Shown: piece by piece, positions 1 to 9,806 of the stretch | Position numbering within the stretch: position 1 is the first letter of the stretch | How the letters are laid out: every line of letters starts with the position of its first letter | Assembly (NCBI GenBank): GCA_965214785.1 | Contig: OZ243975.1 | Span: 1,348,914 to 1,412,913 of the forward strand | Direction: 5' to 3' | DNA length: 64,000 bases | DNA from: Arenicellales bacterium | GTDB lineage: Bacteria; Pseudomonadota; Gammaproteobacteria; Arenicellales; JAJDZL01 | Notes under the pieces: generated by a model | What the model saw: the letters and a program-made list of their open reading frames with translations, nothing else | Databases searched by the model: none | What the model was told of the DNA's origin: nothing | Program-made: the position numbers and the translations under genes

Positions 1-544
1 ACTGGCGATGATAAACCATAAAGTGATCCACCTTTGGTGAGCCTCTTTTGATCAGTGCTTCGCACAAAACGGTTGAATTTTCGCCGCCTCCGTCGATAAC
101 AGCCATCTGCACACCATTTAAGTTCTCAAACCGAGAAGTATTCAACAACCCTTCGATGCCAAAACTCGACACCGGTTCGACGACTTCGGACACACCGAAC
201 GCGAAACGGATCTCCTGTGCAGTTTTTGGACCTACTGCCGCGCAAGTCAAGTGACCTGGCCACAAAATGTCATGTGACCGCATAAGTTCTTCAACAGCAT
301 GCACCGCGTTGCGACTGACGAATAAAACAATCGTCTCAAGATGATGGCGGTAATGCAGAAACTGTTCGATTCCAGAGGATTTTGCAGTAGAAACGATTTC
401 TATAGTCGGAAAGACAACCGGATATGCTGCGCGTTTTTTGATTTCACTGACAAGGTAGGCGCAAAGATTCTTGGGGCGGGTAATCAGCACGCCCTTGCCT
501 GCAAGTTTTGATATTGAATCTGCCTGAGTGTTACCCGAATTCAC
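1..544 (-). CDS. hemD: uroporphyrinogen-III synthase, 3' end runs off the window
   Basis: Absent from the ORF track because no stop lies inside the window. Minus-strand translation from GTG 544..542 gives VNSGNTQADSISKLAGKGVLITRPKNLCAYLVSEIKKRAAYPVVFPTIEI..., the LxGxxVLITRP N-terminus typical of HemD. It overlaps the hemC stop by 14 nt, as in hemCD operons. Confidence 0.8.
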   Translation of the reverse strand, partial: MNSGNTQADSISKLAGKGVLITRPKNLCAYLVSEIKKRAAYPVVFPTIEIVSTAKSSGIEQFLHYRHHLETIVLFVSRNAVHAVEELMRSHDILWPGHLTCAAVGPKTAQEIRFAFGVSEVVEPVSSFGIEGLLNTSRFENLNGVQMAVIDGGGENSTVLCEALIKRGSPKVDHFMVYHRQ

Positions 545-1451
545 TTAGAATCTCCTTGGCTCCAAGACGTATCAGTTCACAAGCGAGTTCAGCGGCAAGT
601 TTTTCCGCTTGCCCTTTGTGTCCTGTAATGTATGAGCGAACCACTTCAGTTCCATCTGGAGAACCCACCGAACCGCAGATTGTCAATTGACCGTTGTCTA
701 TTACTGCGTGGATGCCAATGGGCACGTGACAACTGCCGCCAAGTGTGCGGTTTACGCTTCTTTCTGATTCGACCGCAATACGGCTTTTTTCATGGTTCAA
801 TGGTGCAATCAACTCGTGAGTTAGCAAATCGTCGGATCGACATTCGATTCCAAGCGCTCCTTGCCCTGGTGAAGGAATGTGATTGTCACCGCGCAGAATC
901 TCACTTATTCTGTCTTCGTATCCAAGGCGCGTCAAGCCTGCAACAGCAAGCAAAGTGGCTTCAAAATTGTTGGCATCCAATTTTTCAAGGCGGGTGGGCA
1001 CGTTGCCCCGTAAATGCACTATCTGAAGGTCTGGACGCACGTTGAGCAGTTGACTGCGACGACGCAAAGAGCAGGTGCCGACTTTCGAATTTTGTGGCAA
1101 TGCGCTGACGCGGTCATATTGATTGGATACGAACGCGTCATACGGGTTGGCACGTTTGAGGATTACCGGGATAGCAAACTGTGAATCGATGGTAACACTA
1201 ACATCTTTCATCGAGTGCACTGCGATATCGATACGACGTTTGGCAAGTGCGTATTCGAGCTCTTTAATGAACAGTCCTTTGCCGCCAAATTTAGAAAGCG
1301 AGACATTCTGTCGACGATCCGCTTCGGTGGATATTGGAACGATTTGGATTTGTAATGACGAATCGAATTTCGTCAATCGACGTTCTACGTACCGTGCCTG
1401 CCAAACGGCAAGTTCGCTTGTACGAGTTCCAATGCGGATCAAATTGTGCAT
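531..1451 (-). CDS. hemC: porphobilinogen deaminase (hydroxymethylbilane synthase)
   Basis: 306 aa ORF. IRIGTRTSELAVWQA N-terminus, KGLFIKELE and full-length HemC-like sequence. Confidence 0.95.
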   Translation of the reverse strand: MHNLIRIGTRTSELAVWQARYVERRLTKFDSSLQIQIVPISTEADRRQNVSLSKFGGKGLFIKELEYALAKRRIDIAVHSMKDVSVTIDSQFAIPVILKRANPYDAFVSNQYDRVSALPQNSKVGTCSLRRRSQLLNVRPDLQIVHLRGNVPTRLEKLDANNFEATLLAVAGLTRLGYEDRISEILRGDNHIPSPGQGALGIECRSDDLLTHELIAPLNHEKSRIAVESERSVNRTLGGSCHVPIGIHAVIDNGQLTICGSVGSPDGTEVVRSYITGHKGQAEKLAAELACELIRLGAKEILSEFG

Positions 1452-1806
1452 GAATTACACAAAAGCGGTAATGAAGGTCTTTTTACTCAGACGGCGTAGC
1501 AAATGATGGGGTTGCAATTCATTTTAATGCAATACAAGCGTCTCGTTCACCGAATCAATCGATAAATTCCAGCTGTTTTATTATTGGAGTCAAAGGTTCA
1601 TTTTAAGCCCCTTTGGATTCATAATCACAGAACGAGATGAAAATTACCTAGGTGTTACGAGTGTATGGCGCAATATAGTGTTAACATTGTCGTTAAACAG
1701 CAAACAACACGCGCAGCGTCTGATAACCATTTGGCCTCAGATTTCACATAATATTTCCTGCCAACAATTTAGTCGTATTTTTGCTAGCGATGAATCTAGT
1801 GTCATG

Positions 1807-2942
1807 TCAAGTATCCAATGTCGGATAAAGACGCTTTAATTTGATTCTCGCATCTTCTGTCGTGAACTGCCAGTTCACCGCAGAGTCCAGCGCGTTTCTT
1901 TCCAACTGCCATGCCGCAACCTCCCGTGTCATTAAATCCATTGAATCGATCCGTCGATTCAAACACTGCCGAACCATTACGCTGATTTCCGCTTCCGCTA
2001 CATTCAACCAACTACCGTGCTTCGGTGTATAGACAAATTCAAACCGATCCCAAAGCGCCTTGGCCCGGTGCGGATCATACGCCTCATATAACGCCCCAGG
2101 ACGGTGAGTGTTCAAATTATCCATCACCAGTGTGATCTTTTTCGCCTCAGGATACCCCTTAGAAATATCATCTAAAAATTCGGCAAAATCCACCTTAGAA
2201 CGACGCTTCGTCACTTTCGTCATCCGCTTGCCCGCCAAAGGCTCGGTCGCCATGAAAATATTACATACCCCCATGCGTCGATACTCATAATCCTCTTGCC
2301 TTAACTTTCCCGGTATTGCCGGAATCGGTGCACGAGTCTCGCCAATCAACTGCCGAGGCGTCTCATCCATGCATACTACTGGGTAATCTACATGATACGG
2401 GCGGCGATAAATATCCAGCACCTGTTCCATCGCAGCGATGAAATCCACGTTTCCTTTTGGAGGAATCACCCATTCAAGACGTCTCCACGGTTTAATTTCG
2501 TTTTTTTTAGTACCTGACGCACCGTCTCGTGCGACACACTGTCAATGTAATTGAGCTCCACCGCCCGGTCCGCCAACAACCGCAGCGACCATTGGGAATA
2601 TCCAGCAGGTGGTTCAGAGCAACTCAACGCAACCAGGTGAGCTTCGAAATCACCATCAGCCTTTATTTCGTAATACTCCCGTCTGCCTTGACGTCCGCCA
2701 AGCGCAATGTCAAAACCTTCCTCCACAAAGCGTCGCTTGACTCGGTCCACCTTGCGTTGACTGATCTGCAATACTGCGGCAATCGTCTCGCCAGTATTGC
2801 GCTTGTCGTTGAACTGCCCTTCGTCGCAATTCAGAAGAATCAGAGCGTTGACCACTTTTTGGGACGTATGGGAGCCTTTGCGCGTGATTTCAATTAACTC
2901 GTCGCGTTCGGTTTTCTCCAGCGTAACTACATACCGTTTCAT
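1807..2942 (-). CDS. IS630-family DDE transposase, two frames (orfA 2466..2942, orfB 1807..about 2508) joined by a -1 shift
   Basis: orfA carries the HTH part (MKRYVVTLEKTERDELIEITRKG...). orfB carries the DDE part (VVCMDETP, LVMDNLNTH, GSWLNVAEAE). Reading through the A8 run with a -1 slip gives ...VRQVLKKNEIKPWRRLEWVIPPKG..., which matches the KKNxLKPW...W.IPP junction I recall for intact IS630 transposases. Confidence 0.85.
2501..2508 (-). promoter_or_regulatory. A8 slippery run: candidate programmed -1 frameshift or transcriptional slippage site of the IS630 transposase
   Basis: The minus strand reads CTA AAA AAA ACG. The orfA and orfB frames overlap exactly here, and a -1 shift restores a continuous transposase. 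Confidence 0.6.
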
Positions 2943-3051
2943 TTGTCATATCCTCATCGAAATAATATACCACCAATGAGGATGGATTATATTCTATACG
3001 ACAGAACATCCTTGACATGACACTAGTCTTTTTACCAAAACAATTGGTTGA

Positions 3052-3387
3052 ACAGACTTGATCCACAAGAGCGACCACACATTTTACAATCGAATAGACG
3101 CTGAAACTGTTAATGAGGTTATCTGCTACTCGGACCCTATAGAAGTAACCAGTCCCGGTGCGATGCAAAACTCAATGACAGTGGAAAAATTGATAGCCGG
3201 TCACAGATCGCCTCGAAATATTTTAATTGTCGATATTTTGAAAGACTACGGATACGTTGAAGCAAGGGGCATGGGTGTGCGTACAAAAGTGATGCCTCTG
3301 ATGGAAATCGAGAATCGAAGCAAACCGGTGTTCGAAGCAACTGACGATCACCTAAAAACAATTCTTTATCGCAAATCCAAGCAGTGA
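3052..3387 (+). pseudogene. C-terminal remnant of a RecG-like / HATPase_c_4 (AlbA_2-associated) putative DNA-binding protein
   Basis: The translation ...DPIEVTSPGAMQNSMTVEKLIAGHRSPRNILIVDILKDYGYVEARGMGVRTKVMPLMEIENRSKPVFEATDDHLKTILYR matches the IEIxSPGGL...RNPxIAxxFxxxGxxExxGxGI C-terminal module. The frame is closed by TGA at 3049-3051, and only about 110 codons remain next to the IS630 end. Confidence 0.6.
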
Positions 3388-3862
3388 AATGATGGTGATT
3401 CCGGTCTGTTGATTTGTGAGGTGCAAATTTGCCGCGGAATTCCATCGGTTTATAAAAAGCTAACCACCAAAGTTTCTGATTAAACGTTTGCCGCGAACAG
3501 TTCTTTCGCTTCTTGAGTCAAGTCGGAAATACCTAAGCGCTCATGAACAAGTGTCTGATCGAAAATTGCATCCTCATCATCATGCTCTGAATTCATACCG
3601 TTGTCAGCTGTTCGCACGAGGCGCTTGAAAATTAATTTTCGGACAAGTCCAGACACGGATGTCTAATGTTGTCTATCCAGCATAGGGTAAAAAATCGGGC
3701 ATTCGCCCTTCAGTCTAATAAGTGGCAAATATCTATGAAGATATCGGTTTTTCGTCTTTGTTGCATATTCGCACCACCGAAAAGACCAAATCAACAACTT
3801 GATCAAGACTTAAATAGTCCCTCCTTCGCCAAAGGTATAATCGTATAGAACACGCAAACACA

Positions 3863-5257
3863 ATGAAAGATTCTCAAAACAAACTGTGGGGCGGGCGATT
3901 TACCAGCTCAACTGCGAACGAAGTGGAACAATTCACATCGTCAGTCTCACATGACAAAAGACTCTACCGATACGATATTGCAGGGTCGATTGCCCACGCG
4001 CGCATGCTAAAAAAGATTGGCGTATTAAGCGACGAGGAATTCAAAGCCATCTCCAACGGCCTCGATGCCATTTTAAGCCAGATAGAATCCAATTCGTTTG
4101 ATTGGTCAGACGAACTTGAAGATGTTCATATGAATATCGAACACAGGCTGACAGCAGCAATCGGCGAAGCCGGTAAAAAACTTCATACCGCCCGTTCCCG
4201 AAACGATCAAGTAGCAACTGACTTGCGACTCTACGCGAAAGACGCAATTGATTTGATTGTCAGTGAAATTCTTGCATTGCAGCATACTCTGCTCGACATA
4301 GCACAACAGCACGCAGCGACCATTATGCCCGGATACACCCACCTGCAAACCGCACAACCGGTTACCTTCGGACATCATGTACTCGCGTGGTTCGAGATGC
4401 TCGATCGTGATCGAAACCGGTTTGATGACGCACGCAAGAGAGTCAATCAATCTCCGTTGGGGTGCGCAGCACTCGCTGGGACTACCTTTGCGGTCGACCG
4501 GGATATGACCGCCGCTGAACTGGGTTTTGACGGCATCTGCAAAAACTCACTGGATGCGGTTTCTGATCGGGATTTTGCGATCGAAATCGCTGCTCATGCG
4601 GCAATTGCAATGATCCACTTTTCACGCATTGCAGAAGAACTGGTGCTTTGGGCCTCTGACGGTTTTAAGTTTATTGAAATCTCAGATCAGTACACGACCG
4701 GCTCTAGCATAATGCCACAGAAGAAAAATCCCGATGTTGCCGAACTCGTACGCGGTAAAAGCGCACGCGTCGCAGGCCAATTGCAAGCGTTGCTGATGTT
4801 AATGAAATCTCAGCCACTGGCCTACAACAGAGACAATCAGGAAGACAAGCAAGCCTTGTTTGACACGCTCGACACTGTAACTGCAAGCATCAAAATCATG
4901 CACGGGATGATTAGCAATATTCAGCCCGATGCCAAGCGCATGCGACAAGCTGCATCTGATGGATTCGCTACAGCCACTGATCTTGCCGATTACCTGACTG
5001 TCTGCAATGTGCCTTTTCGCGATGCACACAGAATTGTCGGCCAAGTGGTGCGTTATTGCATTGACAACAAACTGAGTCTGGAATCTCTCACACTAGATCA
5101 GCTGAAGTCGTTTTGCCCCGAGCTTGACGAAAAAGTTCTTGACATATTAACTCCTGAATCATCGGTTGCAGCGCGCAACCACGTCGGCGGAACTGCACCA
5201 GAACGTGTACGGCTTGCTGTCGCCGAAGGCAGATCTCGCTTGACTGATGACAACTAG
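3863..5257 (+). CDS. argH: argininosuccinate lyase
   Basis: 464 aa. LWGGRF N-terminus, the GSSIMPQKKNPD signature loop and full-length ArgH similarity. Confidence 0.97.
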   Translation: MKDSQNKLWGGRFTSSTANEVEQFTSSVSHDKRLYRYDIAGSIAHARMLKKIGVLSDEEFKAISNGLDAILSQIESNSFDWSDELEDVHMNIEHRLTAAIGEAGKKLHTARSRNDQVATDLRLYAKDAIDLIVSEILALQHTLLDIAQQHAATIMPGYTHLQTAQPVTFGHHVLAWFEMLDRDRNRFDDARKRVNQSPLGCAALAGTTFAVDRDMTAAELGFDGICKNSLDAVSDRDFAIEIAAHAAIAMIHFSRIAEELVLWASDGFKFIEISDQYTTGSSIMPQKKNPDVAELVRGKSARVAGQLQALLMLMKSQPLAYNRDNQEDKQALFDTLDTVTASIKIMHGMISNIQPDAKRMRQAASDGFATATDLADYLTVCNVPFRDAHRIVGQVVRYCIDNKLSLESLTLDQLKSFCPELDEKVLDILTPESSVAARNHVGGTAPERVRLAVAEGRSRLTDDN

Positions 5258-5271
5258 CAACAATTTCGATT

Positions 5272-5424
5272 ATGAACATTAAACCGGTTTTGATATCTAT
5301 GGCTATCGTCATGGTGTTCGTTATGACGAGTGCTGTGTCTTGTGGAAAGAAAGGTCCGCTTAGTCACGAGCAGACAGTGGAAACAATACCAATGGTGTCT
5401 GTCACAGAAACTTTCCCCTCTTAG
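5272..5424 (+). CDS. lptM: small lipoprotein, LptM (YifL/LppL)-like
   Basis: Absent from the ORF track (50 aa): MNIKPVLISMAIVMVFVMTSAVSCGKKGPLSHEQ... It has a lipobox (AVS-C) followed by the G-x-KGPL motif typical of LptM. It sits directly upstream of lysA, as in Pseudomonas (lppL-lysA). Confidence 0.7.
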   Translation: MNIKPVLISMAIVMVFVMTSAVSCGKKGPLSHEQTVETIPMVSVTETFPS

Positions 5425-5429
5425 TTTCA

Positions 5430-6698
5430 ATGACTCCTTTTGGTTACCGAGGCGCTCGCCTGTTCGCAGAGGATGTGCCTGTCGCTTCAATTGCTGACGC
5501 ACTCGGCACGCCTTGTTACGTGTATTCTCGCACTGCGCTTGAACAAAACTTTTTAGCAATCAAAAACGGGTTCGCCGACAGACAATCATCTGTTTTTTAC
5601 TCAGTCAAAGCCAATTCCAATCTTGCAGTCATTGCATTGATGGCGAATCTGGGTTCTGGCTTCGATATCGTATCTGGCGGAGAACTCCAGCGCGTCATGC
5701 GCGCCGGTGGCAACCCTGAAAAAACCATTTTCTCCGGTGTTGGGAAGTCTGAGGAAGAAATCCGTTTTGCCCTGCGAAGCGGTATTTTCTCGCTGAACCT
5801 TGAATCCGAAGCAGAACTGGACCGAATCTGCGCTATCGCCACCGAACTTGGAGTTAGAGCACCGATCAGCGTACGCGTCAATCCGGATATCGATGCTAAA
5901 ACGCATCCACATATTTCCACCGGTATGCGCGAAGCGAAATTCGGTGTCCCGATCGACCAGGCGAGAAAACTCTATGCAAGGGCACAGGGAATTGACTGTC
6001 TTAGAGTCGTCGGAATTGCCATGCATATCGGATCGCAAATTACGACAATCAAACCAATTGTTGCAGCACTGGAAATTCTACTGGATTTCACCGAGGAACT
6101 AACAGATGCAGGAATCGATATTCAGCATTTGGATCTCGGCGGGGGTCTCGGCGTGAGATATCGCGACGAGACAGTCCCGAGCGTTCAACAGTACTGTGAT
6201 GGCATTGCTGAAGTTTTGGATCGACGAAACAGCAAAATCAAAGTTTCGGTCGAACCGGGTCGGTCAATCACCGCAAATGCCGGTATTCTGCTTTGCCGGG
6301 TAGAATTCATCAAGCACGGCGATAACAGAAATTTTGCTGTTGTCGACGGTGCGATGAATGACCTGATCCGTCCTGTTTTATACGACGCATGGATGAACAT
6401 CATACCCGCGGTGCAAAATGCTGACTCGGCTGAAAAACTGTATGATGTCGTCGGACCGGTTTGCGAGTCAGGTGATTATTTTGGCAAAAATCGAAAACTG
6501 AAGATCAACGCAGGAGACCTTCTCGCGGTTTGCGGTGCCGGGGCCTATGGTGCAGTGATGGCATCGAACTACAATTCAAGACCAAGACCAGCGGAAGTGA
6601 TGGTTTACGGCAGCCAGTTTGAAACCGTTCGCAAACGCGAAAGCATAGATGACCTGTTCGCGCTTGAGTCTATACCGCAGGCAATTAGGAACGCCTGA
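5430..6698 (+). CDS. lysA: diaminopimelate decarboxylase
   Basis: 422 aa. A fold-type III PLP decarboxylase (YSVKANSN, GGGLGV, CESGD motifs) with LysA length and context. Confidence 0.95.
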   Translation: MTPFGYRGARLFAEDVPVASIADALGTPCYVYSRTALEQNFLAIKNGFADRQSSVFYSVKANSNLAVIALMANLGSGFDIVSGGELQRVMRAGGNPEKTIFSGVGKSEEEIRFALRSGIFSLNLESEAELDRICAIATELGVRAPISVRVNPDIDAKTHPHISTGMREAKFGVPIDQARKLYARAQGIDCLRVVGIAMHIGSQITTIKPIVAALEILLDFTEELTDAGIDIQHLDLGGGLGVRYRDETVPSVQQYCDGIAEVLDRRNSKIKVSVEPGRSITANAGILLCRVEFIKHGDNRNFAVVDGAMNDLIRPVLYDAWMNIIPAVQNADSAEKLYDVVGPVCESGDYFGKNRKLKINAGDLLAVCGAGAYGAVMASNYNSRPRPAEVMVYGSQFETVRKRESIDDLFALESIPQAIRNA

Positions 6699-6730
6699 AC
6701 AGTAAACAGGCGTGCGAATAGTTATCCGGC

Positions 6731-7309
6731 TCAATCAAACTCGCGGGCCATCGCATAGAATTGTTCATTGGGTTCGATTGACAAGGCGTTTGCCAATCGG
6801 TTACTGAGCCCAAACAGTGCGGTGATCGAAGCAACATCCCAGATATCTTCATCAGAAAAACCTGCATCTCGCATGACTTCGTAGTCACTGTCGTCGACTG
6901 CCCACGATTCGTTGCACACCTTGATGGCAAAGTCCAGCATCGTCTTTTGCCTGGGGGTTATGTCAGCTTTTCGATAGTTACTGGCAATTTGATCAGCAAT
7001 CAGCGGGTGTTTGTGCCGTATTCGCAATATCGCCCCGTGCGCAACAATGCAGTACAGACAGCTGTTCTCAGCAGACGTGGCAACGACGATCATCTCGCGT
7101 TCGGCTTTGGTCAATCCGCTGGGTTTTTCCATCAAGGCATTGTGATAAGCAAAAAATGCGCGAAATTCCTCTGGTCTATGGGACAAAGCAACAAACACGT
7201 TGGGAATAAAGCCGGCGCGCTCTTGCACATCCGCAATGGTTTGTTGAATATCCTCTGGAAGAGTATCAAAATCCGGTATCGGAAACCGGCTGGCTGATGG
7301 GGTTTTCAT
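6731..7309 (-). CDS. peroxidase-related enzyme, AhpD/carboxymuconolactone decarboxylase family
   Basis: 192 aa. Contains the CLYCIVAHG (CxxC..H) AhpD-like motif. It is the last gene of the mttB-like/DMGDH-like operon. Confidence 0.8.
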   Translation of the reverse strand: MKTPSASRFPIPDFDTLPEDIQQTIADVQERAGFIPNVFVALSHRPEEFRAFFAYHNALMEKPSGLTKAEREMIVVATSAENSCLYCIVAHGAILRIRHKHPLIADQIASNYRKADITPRQKTMLDFAIKVCNESWAVDDSDYEVMRDAGFSDEDIWDVASITALFGLSNRLANALSIEPNEQFYAMAREFD

Positions 7310-7347
7310 GATATTGTGACCTGCTAAAGATTGACTGTTGTGGTGAG

Positions 7348-9762
7348 TTAACTTCGCATCAACCGCCCTTGCGGGTCAACCAATGCCTCTGTGACGAGGT
7401 GTGCAGTTTTAGGTTGACCAATAATTTCAATGCTATATTCGCTGCCTTGCAGTTTAGCCGGCGGTACGTATCCGAGCGCGATACTCTTGTCCACAGTGTG
7501 CCCGTAAGCTCCAGAGGTGACAATTCCGATGACCTCTCCATTGCAGATTATCGGCTCACCACCGACCGCATCGACCTCGTCTGCCTCAACCGTGAAATAC
7601 GTCAAGTGCCACTTTGGCGTTTCAGTCGAGGCAGTTGTCAATGCATCTCGACCGATAAACTCCCCCTTGTCCAGCTTGACGAACCGTTCCAGGCGCGATT
7701 CATACGGATTGTATTCGGTTGTGTATTCTCTTCCCCAGCTGCCAAAACACTTTTCCAGCCGCAGCGACAGCAAAGCGCGTGACCCAACCAGTGTCATTCC
7801 ATATTCTTGTCCTGCGTTCATCGCCATTTGAAGAACTTCTATCTGATGCTCAGCTGGAAAATAAATTTCATAACCAAGTTCTCCGGTAAACGCAACGCGC
7901 AGCACCCATGCTGTTGCAGGCCCGATACGCATGTCACGTACCGCCATAAATCGCTGAGCGGCTGCTGAAAAATCTTCGCCTGTCAGGCGTTCCATCACTA
8001 GTCTTGATTTGGGACCCGAAATTGACATGCCAACCAACTCGTCGGTCATCGAGGTAATATCGACTCCCCCGCCTGGTAGCATATGTTTCTTGAACCAGCG
8101 CCAGTGGTTGTTTTCCGCCGGTCCGCCACCGATCAGTAAAAACTCATCATCGTGCAAACGGGCTACCGTAAAATCCGCAACGACACCGCCTTTTTCATGG
8201 ACCATCGGTATCAATGCCATTTTACGGTTGGACGGCAATGTATTGGTGGTCATGTGATCTAGCCACTCATAAGCACGCGGTCCTTTAATAAGGAACTTTG
8301 CATAAGCAGAGGTGTCAAGCAAGCCCACCGCCGATCGGGCGGTTTTGCACTCTTGGGCTACTGGACCGAACGACTCGGTTCGTCTAAATGAGTAGTTCTC
8401 CGCCCTTTCCATTCCAGCTGGTGCAAACCACATGGGAACCTCCCAGCCAAACTGGGCGCCAAAGACAGCGCCATTTTCCTGTTGCAAGTCGTAAGCCGCA
8501 CGTTTTCGAATCGGCCGCCCTGCTGTTCGCTCTTCATATGGAAAAAAGATTCGAAATCTCGATTGGTAGTTATCAGCTGTCGACGCCAGTAGATAGTCCG
8601 AGGTTACCCAGTCACCAAATCTGGCGACATCAATCGCCCATAGGTCAATACTTGGTTGTCCGTCAAGAATCCATTCAGCCATCGCCAATCCTAGACCACC
8701 ACCAACACTAAAGCCAGGAATCAATCCGCCAATGATGTAGTAATTACGAAGATGTGGGACTTCTCCAACCAACGGATTAATGTCTGGCGTCCAAATCATC
8801 GGTCCGTTGACGATGCGTTTGATTCCGGCAGTTTCCAAACACGGCATCCTGTGCATTGCACGTGCAACGTTGTCCATAATCCTGTCCAGATCGTTTGGCA
8901 GAAGTTCGTGTCCAAAGTCCAGCGGTGTTCCATCAACCGCCCAGTGTTTTCCATCGCGCTCGTATGCACCGACAAGCAATCCCTTGCCTTCCTGGCGCAT
9001 GTAGTATTCGCCATCGTTATCATGAATTAATGGAAACTCACGCCCCAGCGCTTCGATTTCGGCGATATTGTCAGTGACAAAATACTGATGTTCCATGGGA
9101 TGTATCGGCAGATTCAAACCTGCAAGTTTCCCAACTTCCCGACCCCAAAGACCGGCGCAGTTGACAACAGTCTGCGCGTGAATCTTGCCCTGCGGTGTTT
9201 CGACAATCCAGCTTCCATCTGCTTGCGCAGTTGTTGCTGTAACCGGACAGTGACGGTGAATTGAAGCGCCTCGGTTTCTGGCACCAGCGGCAAACGCCTG
9301 GGCAACTCCGCTTGGATCGATGTGAGCCTCATTGGGTTCATACATGGCACTGTACACACCATCGAGGTTGATCAGCGGATTCAATTCATGGACATCGTCA
9401 AGTGAAATACGATCGAATTCAAGGCCAAGATACTTGGCTTTCGACGCCTGAATTTGAATTTGGTCGTGACGTTCCTGCGTTGTCGCAAGATAGATGCCGC
9501 CCACCGGGTGAATTCCGCAAGATTGGCCGGTTTCCTCTTCGAGTTGCGGGTACAGCTTGATGGTATAAAAATGCAGTTTCGAAATATTGGCATTGTCCTG
9601 GAGTACATGCGTATTTCCAGCGGCATGCCAGGTTGAACCGGACGTCAATTCGGAGCGTTCCAGTAAAACAACATCGGTACAACCCCGTTTGGTTAAGTGA
9701 TAGGCCACGCTGCATCCGGCAACACCGCCGCCAATAATTACGACTTGAGCAGTCTTTTGCAC
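7348..9762 (-). CDS. FAD-dependent oxidoreductase with C-terminal GcvT-like folate-binding domain (dimethylglycine/sarcosine dehydrogenase-like)
   Basis: 804 aa. N-terminal VVIIGGGVAGCS dinucleotide fold (DAO domain) plus a C-terminal aminomethyltransferase-like region of about 400 aa (FTGELGYEIY). Confidence 0.85.
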   Translation of the reverse strand: MQKTAQVVIIGGGVAGCSVAYHLTKRGCTDVVLLERSELTSGSTWHAAGNTHVLQDNANISKLHFYTIKLYPQLEEETGQSCGIHPVGGIYLATTQERHDQIQIQASKAKYLGLEFDRISLDDVHELNPLINLDGVYSAMYEPNEAHIDPSGVAQAFAAGARNRGASIHRHCPVTATTAQADGSWIVETPQGKIHAQTVVNCAGLWGREVGKLAGLNLPIHPMEHQYFVTDNIAEIEALGREFPLIHDNDGEYYMRQEGKGLLVGAYERDGKHWAVDGTPLDFGHELLPNDLDRIMDNVARAMHRMPCLETAGIKRIVNGPMIWTPDINPLVGEVPHLRNYYIIGGLIPGFSVGGGLGLAMAEWILDGQPSIDLWAIDVARFGDWVTSDYLLASTADNYQSRFRIFFPYEERTAGRPIRKRAAYDLQQENGAVFGAQFGWEVPMWFAPAGMERAENYSFRRTESFGPVAQECKTARSAVGLLDTSAYAKFLIKGPRAYEWLDHMTTNTLPSNRKMALIPMVHEKGGVVADFTVARLHDDEFLLIGGGPAENNHWRWFKKHMLPGGGVDITSMTDELVGMSISGPKSRLVMERLTGEDFSAAAQRFMAVRDMRIGPATAWVLRVAFTGELGYEIYFPAEHQIEVLQMAMNAGQEYGMTLVGSRALLSLRLEKCFGSWGREYTTEYNPYESRLERFVKLDKGEFIGRDALTTASTETPKWHLTYFTVEADEVDAVGGEPIICNGEVIGIVTSGAYGHTVDKSIALGYVPPAKLQGSEYSIEIIGQPKTAHLVTEALVDPQGRLMRS

Positions 9763-9806
9763 GGTTACTTATCTCCTCGGTATGATGGTACTTGAAATGG
9801 TTCGTA

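Larger units (their letters stand above)
1799..3023 (-). mobile_element. IS630-family insertion sequence (1225 bp) flanked by a TA target duplication
   Basis: The termini are inverted repeats: 1799 gtgtcatgtcaag... and ...cttgacatgacac 3023. The first 13 bp are perfect and about 30 bp match imperfectly. TA lies immediately outside both ends (1797-1798 and 3024-3025), the hallmark IS630/Tc1 target duplication. The interior encodes a two-frame DDE transposase. Confidence 0.9.

Noticed and set aside
3480-3596. A 38-aa acidic minus-strand ORF (MNSEHDDEDAIFDQTLVHERLGISDLTQEAKELFAANV) between the IS remnant region and argH.
   Set aside because: The RBS is weak, I recognise no family, and it is very short. 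It could be real but cannot be supported here.
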